Shown here in pieces: positions 8,383 through 19,631 of a stretch of DNA of 64,000 nucleotides. The position numbers and the translations under genes are program-made. The notes below the pieces were generated by a model. It saw only the letters and a list, made by a program, of their open reading frames with translations. It had not been told where the DNA came from and ran no database searches. Each line of letters opens with the position of its first letter. Position 1 is the first letter of the stretch. The stretch lies in assembly GCA_963750255.1 (NCBI GenBank), contig CAVVPZ010000009.1, positions 134,602-198,601 on the forward strand, in the 5' to 3' direction. This stretch comes from an uncultured Actinomycetes bacterium (lineage in GTDB: Bacteria; Actinomycetota; Acidimicrobiia; Acidimicrobiales; CADCTF01).

Positions 8383-9235
8383 GTGCAGCGGTGGGTTCGG
8401 GAACGATCCGGCGAGTTGACCGCCATCGTCGACGAGGCACTCCCAGGCGAAAACCTGAGCGAGGACGAGCTCGTCGCCATCGCCTTCGACGACCCGGACC
8501 CGACGGTCGTCGTCGGTGGCGACGAGGGTGTCGCCATCGGCGTCGTGCGTCGCGGGAGCCGCGGACCCCATGCGTCGATACAACTCGTGGCGGTGCGACC
8601 GTCGTGTCGCCGTCGCGGTGTGGGCCGCACCCTCATCGACTCGGTGGCCGAGTGGGCCTTCGCCGAGCACGGCGCAACGGGGCTCCGGGCCGGCGGTGGC
8701 GCTCCGTTCTATTTGTGGCCCGGCGTCGACGTCCACGCGACCGCTGCGCTGTGCTTGTTCGAGTCGGCCGGATTTCGTGGCGTTGGCGCTGAGATCAACA
8801 TGTCCTACCCGAGCCGGTTCCGTACGCCGCCGATTGCCGACATCGAGGTTCGGCGCGTGCTCGAACCCGACGACGTCCGCCATGCCCTCGCCTTCGTGAG
8901 CCGCCACTTTCCCGATTGGGTGCCCGAGACCCAGCGGGCCATCGACCACGGCTCGTGTCACGTGGCCATCGGTGATGAGGAGATCCGCGGGTTCGTGTGC
9001 CACTCGGTGAACCGGCTCGGCTGGCTCGGTCCGATGGGCACCGACCCGACGCGCCGCGGTCGAGGGCGCGGGACGCGTCCTGCTCGGCGCCGTGGCCACG
9101 GATCTGATGGCCGCTGGCCTCGACCGGGTCGAGGTGTCGTGGGTCGGCCCGATCCGGTTTTACGCCAAGGCCGCCGAGGCCACGGTCTCTCGGTCTTTTC
9201 GGAGCCTCGAACTCCGCCAGCCCGCCGCTCCCTGA
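8383..9235 (+). pseudogene. GNAT family N-acetyltransferase, one frameshift as assembled (about 9067)
   Basis: LVAVRPSCRRRGVGRTLI is GNAT motif A. After GTDPTRRGRG the conserved continuation AGRVLLGAVATDLMAAGLDRVEVSWVGPIRFYAKA lies in the +1 frame and ends at TGA 9233-9235. Confidence 0.75.
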
Positions 9236-9322
9236 CCCCCCGCCGCTTTCCGGCGCGAAGTGTCGGTAGGACGACCGTTGGCGCCGGAAAGCGCCGTTGG
9301 GGACCGGGCATCCGGCCCGCGG

Positions 9323-10171
9323 CTAGACGGCGACCGGCGCTTGGGCGCGCATGAGGTCGCGCAGCGGTCGATATCCGATGAGGTGGACGTCGGCGTCGGC
9401 GAGGCGGGTTGCGAAGTCGTCCTCGGTGACGAGCGACAAGTCGTCGACCCGGCCGGTCCAGTCGGTCTCGGCGAGGGCGCGGAGTTCGGGAGTGTCGAGG
9501 GCGGGGTGGACGTAGACCTCTGTGACTCCCGGTCGGAGCCGGTCGACGAGCGGCAGCACCGAACCTCGGCTGCCGACGCCTCGGACCACGACGAAATGAT
9601 CGGGGAAGACGACGCCCTCCTCTGCGGCCAGACGACGGAACGGAAACCCGATGGCGCGCTCGGTCGAGGTCCCCGAGAGGCGGAGCGGCAGTCGGAAGTC
9701 GACGGCGAGCTCGAGGTAGACGTCGAAGAACTCGGGGCGGAGTTGGAGGGTGCCCATGTGCGAGTCGAGGTGGCTGACGTCGAATCCCCAGTAGATGGCT
9801 CGCTCGACCTGCGCCCGCAGCTCGCGGCGGACCTCGTCGAGGTCGGCGTGCTCCCAGACGTCCTCGACGGTGCGAGGGAACCCGCCATCACCGTCGAGCA
9901 ACGAGGGGGCGTGCGTGATCGGGCCCCAGCGGTAGAGGTCGTACTCGGCGTTGAGGGTGAGATGGACGCCGACGTCCTCTCCGCGGTAGCGGGCGGCGGC
10001 CTCGCGAGCCCACGGGCAGGGCACCATCAAGGTGGCGCTGGTGGCGAGGCCCGTGCGGAGCGCCTCGTACACGCCGAGGTTGGCCGCGTGGCTCGACCCG
10101 AGGTCGTCGGCGTTGACGATGAGGAGCTTGTCGTCGGGCGAATAGCCGAGCTGTTCCGCCAGCGAGATCAC
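9323..10171 (-). CDS. ChbG/HpnK (YdjC-like) carbohydrate deacetylase family protein
   Basis: From GTG 10171: VISLAEQLGYSPDDKLLIVNADDLGSSHAANLG...HLDSHMG are YdjC motifs. The upstream part of the 392-aa ORF is R/P-rich non-coding-like. Confidence 0.8.
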   Translation of the reverse strand: MISLAEQLGYSPDDKLLIVNADDLGSSHAANLGVYEALRTGLATSATLMVPCPWAREAAARYRGEDVGVHLTLNAEYDLYRWGPITHAPSLLDGDGGFPRTVEDVWEHADLDEVRRELRAQVERAIYWGFDVSHLDSHMGTLQLRPEFFDVYLELAVDFRLPLRLSGTSTERAIGFPFRRLAAEEGVVFPDHFVVVRGVGSRGSVLPLVDRLRPGVTEVYVHPALDTPELRALAETDWTGRVDDLSLVTEDDFATRLADADVHLIGYRPLRDLMRAQAPVAV

Positions 10172-10203
10172 GGGGCCATCACGGCCGCGCAGCCTAGGTC
10201 CGC

Positions 10204-10740
10204 TCAGAGCGGTTTGTCGGGGCCGCCGCAACGACCCCACAGGCCCCGGCCGTCGCGTCGCGCTCGGGCGGCGGCGTCGACGAACTCGCTGCTGTGGGCC
10301 ACGTTGGGCGGAATGGTCAGGGGAGCGGCAAACCCGTCGCGGGCGAGGCTGAGGTTGACGAAGAGGTCGTCGCTGGCGCGATACACGTAGGCCAGGAGGC
10401 GCCCGTAGCGATCGCGGGCTTCGGCATCGCGCACGAGCCGCACAGTCGTGCCCGCCGGCACGAGCTTGGTCGTGCGATCTGACGCTTCCTGGCCGAAGCA
10501 CTCGCGAAGGCCGCCGGGGCCGTGGGTCTCGGGCGTGTCGATCCCGATGAGTCGCACCGACTCGGTGTCGCGCTGGCCCGGAAAGCGGATGCGGATGGTG
10601 TCACCGTCGACGACCTTGGTCACCACCGCCGCGCCCGCCAGCGCCCCATCGGTGACCGCCGTCGTCGGCGGTGGCGCCCCACAGGCCCAGGCGGTCAGGG
10701 CCACGCCGACGACGACGATGACGGCGAGTCGGCGGAGCAT
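10204..10740 (-). CDS. thermonuclease (SNase/micrococcal nuclease-like) lipoprotein
   Basis: Signal plus lipobox LTAWAC. VVDGDTIRI, VRLIGIDTPE and YGRLLAYV are the SNase signature. Confidence 0.85.
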   Translation of the reverse strand: MLRRLAVIVVVGVALTAWACGAPPPTTAVTDGALAGAAVVTKVVDGDTIRIRFPGQRDTESVRLIGIDTPETHGPGGLRECFGQEASDRTTKLVPAGTTVRLVRDAEARDRYGRLLAYVYRASDDLFVNLSLARDGFAAPLTIPPNVAHSSEFVDAAARARRDGRGLWGRCGGPDKPL

Positions 10741-10753
10741 CCCCTCATTGTGA

Positions 10754-10820
10754 CCCCTCCCCGTTTTGGGCAGGACCAGAGCGCGATCGCGCTCTGGTCC
10801 TGCCCAATACGGTGGGGGGG
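10754..10820. repeat. palindromic element copy 1 (perfect 38-bp palindrome 10768-10805)
   Basis: CCCCGTTTTGGGCAGGACCAGAGCGCGA|TCGCGCTCTGGTCCTGCCCAATACGG. Same core as the copies at 40528 and 41065. It lies between divergent starts 10740 (-) and 10821 (+). Confidence 0.9.
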
Positions 10821-11204
10821 ATGGTCGGGCGATGGACGTGGGCGGCGGGGTTGGGGCTGGCGGTGTTGGCGTGCGCCGGGTGCGGGCGGGCGGAGGATCC
10901 GAGCGCGCCCGCAGCGTTCGGCGGTCGGTTCGGTCAGATCTACCGCGGGGTGTGCGACGCCGAACGAGAACTCGTCGCTGGCGACGCCGTGGGCGCTCGG
11001 CGGTCGTTCGACGACGTCCATCTCGGGCTCCACGACCTGGCGGCGGCGGCCGAGAATAGGGATCGCGGCGCTGCGGCCCGGTTGCTCGAGGCCAAGCAGG
11101 CGGTCGAGGCGTCGTTCACCGACGACCACCTCGCCCAGCTGGCTCCGACGGTTGGTGCCGCCATTGTGGCCACGGGGGGCAACGCCCCGGCGGAGTGTCC
11201 TTGA
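10821..11204 (+). CDS. putative lipoprotein, unknown function
   Basis: From ATG 10821: MVGRWTWAAGLGLAVLACAGCG (signal plus lipobox). Helical, A/E/D-rich remainder. Confidence 0.55.
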   Translation: MVGRWTWAAGLGLAVLACAGCGRAEDPSAPAAFGGRFGQIYRGVCDAERELVAGDAVGARRSFDDVHLGLHDLAAAAENRDRGAAARLLEAKQAVEASFTDDHLAQLAPTVGAAIVATGGNAPAECP

Positions 11205-11221
11205 TCGGGGAGACTGTCGGG

Positions 11222-13401
<2,180 letters not shown>

Positions 13402-13431
13402 CTAGGCCGGGGTCGTTTGTCGACGGCGGGC

Positions 13432-13602
13432 TCAGGCAGCGGCGCGCCGCCCGTGCTTGGCCTGCCCGCCGCCGTCGTGCTCGTCGGCCTTGCGCAGCAA
13501 CTCGCGGGCGGCGGCGATGCCCCGGCGGCCCACCTCGCGGGTGTGCTCGTCGAGTCGGTAGTCGGCGCTCCGCTCCTCGATGAGGACCAGCTGTCGTTCC
13601 AT
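13432..13602 (-). CDS. small conserved-looking hypothetical protein (56 aa)
   Basis: From ATG 13602: MERQLVLIEERSADYRLDEHTREVGRRGIAAARELL. Immediately upstream of the thiolase on the same strand. Confidence 0.4.
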   Translation of the reverse strand: MERQLVLIEERSADYRLDEHTREVGRRGIAAARELLRKADEHDGGGQAKHGRRAAA

Positions 13603-13710
13603 GTCTGAAGTGTGCCCAGGGGGTGTGACAACAATGCGTCGTCGGCGGGAGTTCACGATCGTTTCAACCGCCTGACCTGCAAATTTGTGCCGAGACTAGG
13701 GTCACATTTC

Positions 13711-14695
13711 ATGGATCGATTCGGCATCACCATTCCCTTCGACGGGACGCCGCTGGCCGACCAGAAAGGTCTCCTGCAGGAGTGCGCTGACCTCGGCTAC
13801 ACCGATTTTTGGTCGAGCGAGGCCAACGGCACCGACGGGTTCACGCCGCTGGCCATGGCGGCGGCCTGGATCCCCGACATCCGCCTTGGGACGGCCATCG
13901 TGCCTGCGTTCACCCGTGGTCCGGCGATCATGGCCCAGAGCGTTGCCGCCATGGCCGAGGCGGCACCGGGACGCTTCGCCTTCGGCATCGGCACCAGCAG
14001 CGACGTCATCGTCGAGCGGTGGAACGGCATTCCGTTCGAGGAACCCTTCCAACGCACGCCGCGACATGACCCGTTTCCTCAAAGAAGCCATGACGGGCAA
14101 CAAAGTGGAGACCGAGTTCGAGACCTTCCGGTCCAAGGGCTTCCGCCTCGGACGCAAGATCGCCCAGCCGCCCGAGATCCTGATCGCCGCCCTCCGGCCG
14201 GGCATGTTGCGCCTCGCCGGGCGCGAGAGCGAGGGCGCCATCATCAACTGGCTCGGGGCCGACGACGTGAAGACGGTCGTGCCCGAGGTGCGGCAGGGGT
14301 GGGGCGACAAACCCGGCTCGCCCGAGGTCGTGGCCCGCTTGTTCGTCTGTCCCAATCCCGACGCCGACGCCGTGCGCAACGCCGGGCGCTTCCTGATCAG
14401 CAGCTATCTCAACGTGCCCGTCTACGCCGCCTTCCACGAGTGGCTCGGGCGCGGGGGCCAACTGCAGGGCATGTGGGATGCGTGGAAGGCCGGCGACCGC
14501 AAGGCGGCCCTGGCCGCCATTCCCGATCAGGTGGTCGACGACCTCATCGTGCACGGCACCCCCGAGGAGTGCCGCGAGCACCTGGCCCGCTACGTAGACA
14601 ACGGCGTCACGACACCCGTGTTGGCCCTGTTGCCCTTCGGGATCGACGGTCGCCAAGCCATCCGCGACTTGTCGCCGTCGGCGGGCAAGGCCTGA
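13711..14695 (+). pseudogene. luciferase-like (LLM class, probably F420-dependent) oxidoreductase, one frameshift (about 14056)
   Basis: MDRFGITIPFDG...DFWSSEANGTDGFTPLA...FAFGIGTSSDVIVERWNGIPFEEPFQR is followed in the +1 frame by RDMTRFLKEAMTG...INWLGADDV...DDLIVHGTPEECREHLARYVDNGV. Confidence 0.8.
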
Positions 14696-14698
14696 GGG

Positions 14699-16567
14699 TC
14701 AGCCCGAGCGCCGCAGTCCGTCGGTCCAGAACCGGGTGCGGGTCAGATAGGCGCCCTCGGCATCGGCCCCGCTGCGGCCGTAGGCGCCGTCGTAGGACCG
14801 GTAGCAGTACGCCGCCGGGTCGCTGTTGGCACACACCCCGGCGCGGGCCGGTTCGATCTGCGTGCCCTCGTGCCACTCGTTGTAGGAGGTGATGCTGATC
14901 ACGTCGGCGCCGGCCCCGTAGGCGCCGACCCAGAACTCGTCGAAGCGATCACCGGCGCGCCGCTCGCGCACGGTGTCGTCGGGCACGCCCCGTCGCCCGT
15001 CGTAGCCCGGGTTCACCGACGGCGAGCAGGCCAAGCCTCGAGCGCGAGCACGGGCGCAGAAGGTCCCGAGTTCGGCCGGCGTGTACCCGAGCGGGTCGTA
15101 GGTGTAGACGCCATCGAACCCGGCGCGGGCGGCATAGGCGGCGAAGAGTCCCCGCACGCCGTTGCTGGCCGAGTGACCGTGGGCCCAGAAGGTGAAGTCG
15201 GGCAGCCGGTCGGTGAGCGCTTTCCAGTCGTCGGCCGGCGGACCATCGGATGCGTAGATCCAGAATTCGTAGATACCGAACCGGTGGGCGAGCGTGAGCA
15301 CGTCGCGCTGCACACTGTCGACGGTCCGGCCCGGGTAGGGCTCGATGTGGACCGCGGCTCGGATCCCGTGGGCACGCGCCAGCGCCACGACGGCGCCGAG
15401 ACGGGCGTCTTCATACGACCCGAGCCCCCACCACGAGATCACGACGGTGTCGACGCCGGCGGCGGCGAGGTCGGTCATGTGTTGGTCCACGACCTCTGAG
15501 TCGCTACTGCGATAGGGGCCCCGAGACGGGAAGAAGTTGGCTGCGATGTCTGCCGGGGGTTGATGGCCGTGATCGGACCAGTGGAACCACGCCGGGTTGT
15601 CGTCGGGTCCGCCGTACCACGGGTAGTAGAAGGCGGCGCTGGTGACCGGACCGGGCTTGGGCCGAGCGGCCATGGCCACGACGGGCGAGTTGAGGGGGCT
15701 GCCGCCCGCCGATCCGAAGAACCTGGCGTCACCAAACGTGAAGATGCCGCCGTCGCGAGCGGCGAGCCAGTACCCGCTCCCCAGTCCGGTCGGTGCCATG
15801 GCGACGATGGGTTGGTTGAGTTTGATGTTGCCGGTGGATCCGAGGAAGGCGGCGTCGCCGAAGGTGAAGATGCCGCCGTCGCTGGCGGTGAGCCAGTAGC
15901 CGTTGCCGGTGGGGGTGGCGGCCATGGCGACGATGGGTTGGTTGAGTTGGATGTTGCCGGTGGATCCGAGGAAGGCGGCGTCGCCGAAGGTGAAGATGCC
16001 GCCGTCGCTGGCGGTGAGCCAGTAGCCGTTGCCGGTGGGGGTGGCGGCCATGCCGACGATGGGTTGGTTGAGTTGGATGTTGCCGGTGGATCCGAGGAAG
16101 GCGGCGTCGCCGAAGGTGAAGATGCCGCCGTCGCTGGCGGTGAGCCAGTAGCCGTTGCCGGTGGGGGTGGCCGCCATGGCCACGATGGGTTGGTTGAGAC
16201 GCTGGCCACCCGTCGAGCCGAGGAACCGGGCGTCGCCGAACGAGAAGATGCCGCCGTCGCTGGCCACGAGCCAATAGCCGCGGCCCGATGGTGTCGAGGC
16301 CAGGCCGACCACCGGGCGGCGCAGCGGCAGGTCGCCGGCCGACCCGCGGAACTCGGCGTCGCCGTAGGTGAAGATGCCGCCGTCGGCCGCCGCCAATCGG
16401 TACCCGCTCGACGTACGGCTCACCGGTGGGGGAGCGGTGACGGTCTCGGCCAGCGCCGGGGTGGCAGGCGTGAAAGCAAGCGAGGCGAGGGTGACGAAAG
16501 CGACGACGGGCAGGATCGAGGCGGCCGTCCGTCGCCGACGCCGCCCGGGGGGACGGGGCGGGGACAT
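14699..16567 (-). CDS. secreted protein: six ~42-aa GYWL..DGGIF.FGDA.F.GS repeats plus a C-terminal GH99-like glycoside hydrolase domain
   Basis: From ATG 16567: MSPPRPPGRRRRRTAASILPVVAFVTLASLAF signal. The C-terminus has FYYPWYG, FHW, VISWW, HIEPYPGR, GFDGVYTYD, PSVNPGY and ISITSYNEWHEGTQIEPA, matching the GH99 endo-alpha-mannosidase pattern. Confidence 0.85.
   Translation of the reverse strand: MSPPRPPGRRRRRTAASILPVVAFVTLASLAFTPATPALAETVTAPPPVSRTSSGYRLAAADGGIFTYGDAEFRGSAGDLPLRRPVVGLASTPSGRGYWLVASDGGIFSFGDARFLGSTGGQRLNQPIVAMAATPTGNGYWLTASDGGIFTFGDAAFLGSTGNIQLNQPIVGMAATPTGNGYWLTASDGGIFTFGDAAFLGSTGNIQLNQPIVAMAATPTGNGYWLTASDGGIFTFGDAAFLGSTGNIKLNQPIVAMAPTGLGSGYWLAARDGGIFTFGDARFFGSAGGSPLNSPVVAMAARPKPGPVTSAAFYYPWYGGPDDNPAWFHWSDHGHQPPADIAANFFPSRGPYRSSDSEVVDQHMTDLAAAGVDTVVISWWGLGSYEDARLGAVVALARAHGIRAAVHIEPYPGRTVDSVQRDVLTLAHRFGIYEFWIYASDGPPADDWKALTDRLPDFTFWAHGHSASNGVRGLFAAYAARAGFDGVYTYDPLGYTPAELGTFCARARARGLACSPSVNPGYDGRRGVPDDTVRERRAGDRFDEFWVGAYGAGADVISITSYNEWHEGTQIEPARAGVCANSDPAAYCYRSYDGAYGRSGADAEGAYLTRTRFWTDGLRRSG
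15801..16178. repeat. three near-identical tandem 126-bp units (coding; propeller blades 3-5)
   Basis: Units 15801-15926, 15927-16052 and 16053-16178 differ by 1-2 nt each. More diverged units flank them, from about 15675 to 16430. Confidence 0.9.
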
Positions 16568-16702
16568 GGTCCGACCACGGTACCGGCGACATGGGACGGC
16601 TCGACGGCACCCGGTCGAAGCCCCCGGGTCCTTCCTCGTTGCCGTAACGACCGCTATCCTCGCCGGATCCCATGAAGCACTTCCGCTCTGCCGCGCGCGT
16701 CG

Positions 16703-17308
16703 ATGGTGATCGCCGGTCTCGTGGCTGGTTCGATCACTGCGTCCACCGCCTTTCGCTCCGATCCCGCCGGCGAGGTGGCCGCGGCTCCGCCTCCGCCGGC
16801 GCCGGCGGTGGCGCCGATGCCGGCGCCCGTGGTGGGCTCGGTGCGGGTCGGTGAGTCCGCGATCGCGGAGTGGGAGTACCGCCGCACCGGCGTCGCGCCC
16901 AAGGCCTCTCGTGGCGTTGCCGCCGGGTCGATGGTGCGTCCGGCGGCGGGACCGAGGACGGGCTGGTTCGGCGAAGGGCGGCGATCTCACCGCCACACGG
17001 GCATCGATTTCGACGGCAACACGGGTGACCGGGTCGTGGCCGCAGCGGCAGGCGAGGTCGTCCACGCTGGCAACGCCCCGTCGGGCTACAGCGGCTATGG
17101 CCGGATGGTGCTCATCGATCACGGCGGCGGCATCACGACGCTGTACGCCCACTTGTCTCGTCTGTCGGTGTCGGTGGGGGATCGCGTCGTGCCCGGGGAA
17201 GCCATCGGCGCCATCGGCACCTCGGGCAACGTCACCGGCAGCCACCTGCATTTTGAGGTGCGGGTGGGCGGTGTGCCGGTGAACCCGGCCAACTGGGTGC
17301 CGAGCTGA
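16703..17308 (+). CDS. M23 family metallopeptidase
   Basis: HTGIDFDG, GYGRMVLIDHGGGITTLYAHLS and GTSGNVTGSHLHFEV are the LytM/M23 motifs HxxxD and HxH. Confidence 0.85.
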   Translation: MVIAGLVAGSITASTAFRSDPAGEVAAAPPPPAPAVAPMPAPVVGSVRVGESAIAEWEYRRTGVAPKASRGVAAGSMVRPAAGPRTGWFGEGRRSHRHTGIDFDGNTGDRVVAAAAGEVVHAGNAPSGYSGYGRMVLIDHGGGITTLYAHLSRLSVSVGDRVVPGEAIGAIGTSGNVTGSHLHFEVRVGGVPVNPANWVPS

Positions 17309-17342
17309 GCCCAGCGCTGAAGTGAGCTCAGGCGGCGATGCG

Positions 17343-17585
17343 TCAGAAGAGTTCGAGTTGGACGGTGCGGGCGGCCCGTTCGACCAGGGGTTCCCAGCGC
17401 GATCCTCGCCCTTTCACCTGCACGAGCTCGATGGGAACGGCCCGATGTGCTCCTTCGGCGTCGGCTACCGACAAGCTCCCGTCTCGCTCGATGCCCGTTG
17501 CCGTGCCGGGCTGCCACCGCGACCGGTCGAGCCGGCGGAAGCGGATGGCCTCCCCGGGGTGAAGTCCAAGGCGTTGGATACCCAC
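17343..17585 (-). CDS. hypothetical small protein (80 aa)
   Basis: Only the C-terminal third of ORF 17343..17804 looks coding and it cannot overlap the WS/DGAT gene. GTG 17585 is in frame. Confidence 0.35.
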   Translation of the reverse strand: MGIQRLGLHPGEAIRFRRLDRSRWQPGTATGIERDGSLSVADAEGAHRAVPIELVQVKGRGSRWEPLVERAARTVQLELF

Positions 17586-17596
17586 GTTGCCGCCGG

Positions 17597-18997
17597 TCAG
17601 GCCTTGACGGCCAACAGCTCGTCGAACGAGGCCTCGATGCATGCCTTCAACAGACCAGGGTCGTCGATGGCAGCGGTGTCGACGTTGAGGCCGAGGTCGA
17701 GGCCACCCCGATACGACATCACCGTGGCGTTGAACGCCGTGCCACCGGTCGGGCCCATCGGGTGGTTGCCGAGGATCTCCGCGCCGGCGATGAACAGGTC
17801 CCACGGGGCGCCCCGAAGGTTCGACGTCGCAAAGTCGACGGTCTCGACCTGCTGGCGGGCGAAGTTGACCACCAGCGACGTCGGGAGCACATTGAGAATG
17901 CCGGCGAACGCGTCGGTGTAACCCGTGCCTGGTTCAGTCTTCGTTGCACTGAGCCGGTCTCGGACGACGGCGAAGCGTTCGACAGGATCCTTGGTCCCGG
18001 CCGGAACCAGCGCCCGCGTCGGCGTGAACGAGTTGCCTCCGGCCGATTTGTCGGTGCGGGTGCTCACCGGCATCGAACAGCGGAGCTCGTCGACCTCGGA
18101 GCCCTTCTCGCGGTGGTACGTGCCGGCGGCACCGGCGATGGCGCAGACGAACCCGTCGTTGACGGTCCCGCCCAGGGCGTTGGAGACAGCTTTGAGCGCG
18201 TCGAGGTCGACGTTGAGCACCTCGAATTGACGCCGCAGTGACCGACGGCCGGCCCACAACGGCGACCGAGCGGCGTCAGTGACCAGCAGCTGGCGGCTGA
18301 GCGATCGGATGATGGCGGCGACGTCGGCGGCCTGACCCGGAACCCGTTGGGGGTGGAGGAGGGTGTCGACGGTTGCTGCTGCCGCCCGCCGGGTGAACCC
18401 GAGTTGGCGTCGGAGCCCGTGGCCCATCGCCTCGCTCAGCTCTGACAAGAGCCCGTCGCGCCGGTCGACGAAGGGGACCGACTCGACGGCGACTGGGTCG
18501 GCTGCGTCGCGTTCGAGATCGATGAACATTGCCGACAACCGGATGCCGCCGACGCCGTCGGTGATGGTGTGATGCATCTTGGCCAAGAGCGCGGCTCGCC
18601 CATCCTCGAGACCCTCGACAATGGTGTAGCGCCACAGAGGTCGGGCCCGGTCGAACGGATCCTGGAACTCGGCTGCGGCGTAGTCGAGGAGCTGCCGGTT
18701 GGTGCCGGGATAGGGCATCGCGACCCGGCGGACGTGAAAGTCGAGGTCGAAGGCGGGGTCGTCCGCCCACGCCGGCGGGGCCAGGTTGGCGGTGGACGGG
18801 ACGACCCGCTGTCCGAGGCGGGGGATCTCTTCCACGGCGTGGGCGATCCGGGCCCGGAACCCCTCGAACGAGGGCGCTCGGTCGAGGAACGTGACGTTGA
18901 GGAACGTCGAGCGGAGGCTCGGGTCCTTCTCGAGGTTCCACATCAATGCCTCGGCGTCGGACATCCGCCGATCGGATCGGACGACGCGCTCAGCCAT
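17597..18997 (-). CDS. wax ester synthase/diacylglycerol acyltransferase (WS/DGAT)
   Basis: 466 aa with the HHTITDGVGG active-site motif (HHxxxDG), N-terminal MSDAEALMWNLEKDP and C-terminal NATVMSYRGGL. Confidence 0.9.
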   Translation of the reverse strand: MAERVVRSDRRMSDAEALMWNLEKDPSLRSTFLNVTFLDRAPSFEGFRARIAHAVEEIPRLGQRVVPSTANLAPPAWADDPAFDLDFHVRRVAMPYPGTNRQLLDYAAAEFQDPFDRARPLWRYTIVEGLEDGRAALLAKMHHTITDGVGGIRLSAMFIDLERDAADPVAVESVPFVDRRDGLLSELSEAMGHGLRRQLGFTRRAAAATVDTLLHPQRVPGQAADVAAIIRSLSRQLLVTDAARSPLWAGRRSLRRQFEVLNVDLDALKAVSNALGGTVNDGFVCAIAGAAGTYHREKGSEVDELRCSMPVSTRTDKSAGGNSFTPTRALVPAGTKDPVERFAVVRDRLSATKTEPGTGYTDAFAGILNVLPTSLVVNFARQQVETVDFATSNLRGAPWDLFIAGAEILGNHPMGPTGGTAFNATVMSYRGGLDLGLNVDTAAIDDPGLLKACIEASFDELLAVKA

Positions 18998-19021
18998 GTC
19001 GTCGATGCTAGGCGTCGAGAG

Positions 19022-19624
19022 TCAGCGCTTGATCGAGGTGTGCTTGAACTCGTTGAGTTCCGGGAAGCCGCCGAGCAGGTCGACGACGCGCTCGACGGTG
19101 CGGGTCGACGCTGCGGTGTCGTCGGTGGGCCTGGTCATGAGCCGCACGAAGACGGCGGCGTCGTCACGGATGAACGTGGGCACGCCCCAGACCGAGTGCT
19201 GCGAGGCGGCGGCCTCGTGCTCCTTGCGGAAGGTCTCGAGCGGCCACCCGTCGGCGATCTCGGTGAAGACGGCGTCGGCGTCGGCGCCCTGTTCGATGAG
19301 GATCTCTCGGAGTACAGCCTCTTCGCGGATGTCACGACCCTCGTCGTGCCGGGCCCGGAAGAGGGCGCCGTGGACATCGAGGAAGCGGTCGGGGAACCGA
19401 TCTCGGACGACGATGCCCGCCATCATGGCCAGCAGGGCGTCGGTCTTCGACGGGTCGTCCCACACATCGATGCCGCCCTCTTCGACGTGGACCTGGTTGA
19501 GGGAGAACGGCACGAAGGTGACGTCCCAATCGGCGCCGCCACGGAGGCCGGCCACGAGGTGCTCGTGGGCGTTGCGGGCAAAGGGGCAGCGGTAGTCCCA
19601 GGACACGGAGAACGCGGTGGTCAT
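19022..19624 (-). CDS. DsbA-like thioredoxin-fold protein
   Basis: From ATG 19624: MTTAFSVSWDYRCPFARNAHEHL...SVWGVPTFI, a DsbA/FrnE-type pattern. Confidence 0.75.
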   Translation of the reverse strand: MTTAFSVSWDYRCPFARNAHEHLVAGLRGGADWDVTFVPFSLNQVHVEEGGIDVWDDPSKTDALLAMMAGIVVRDRFPDRFLDVHGALFRARHDEGRDIREEAVLREILIEQGADADAVFTEIADGWPLETFRKEHEAAASQHSVWGVPTFIRDDAAVFVRLMTRPTDDTAASTRTVERVVDLLGGFPELNEFKHTSIKR

Positions 19625-19631
19625 GCGGGGC

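Noticed and set aside
10781-10790. GCGATCGC core as a cyanobacterial HIP1 signal
   Set aside because: The octamer here is only the centre of a much longer palindrome. The gene content is clearly actinobacterial, and other GCGATCGC occurrences in the window are ordinary in-gene hits expected at this GC content.
15801-16178. Possible CRISPR array (also considered for 54800-55255)
   Set aside because: The repeats are directly tandem with no unique spacers, lie in frame within coding sequence, and no cas genes are present.
15475-16673. Pro/Thr/Ala-rich and Arg/His-rich repetitive ORFs (for example PPPPATATGSPPATAASS repeats)
   Set aside because: These are alternative frames of the 126-bp propeller repeats. 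The frame giving GYWL..DGGIFTFGDA is continuous with a signal peptide and the GH99 domain.
16672-16854. Alternative upstream start (MKHFRSAARV) for the M23 peptidase
   Set aside because: It is in a different frame from the peptidase ORF. ATG 16703 gives a TM-like N-terminus directly. A frameshift fusion is possible but unsupported.
14699-17251. Full 850-aa extent of the GH99 ORF
   Set aside because: The first ~228 residues are R/H/G-rich and overlap the M23 peptidase gene on the other strand. The internal ATG at 16567 gives a proper signal peptide.
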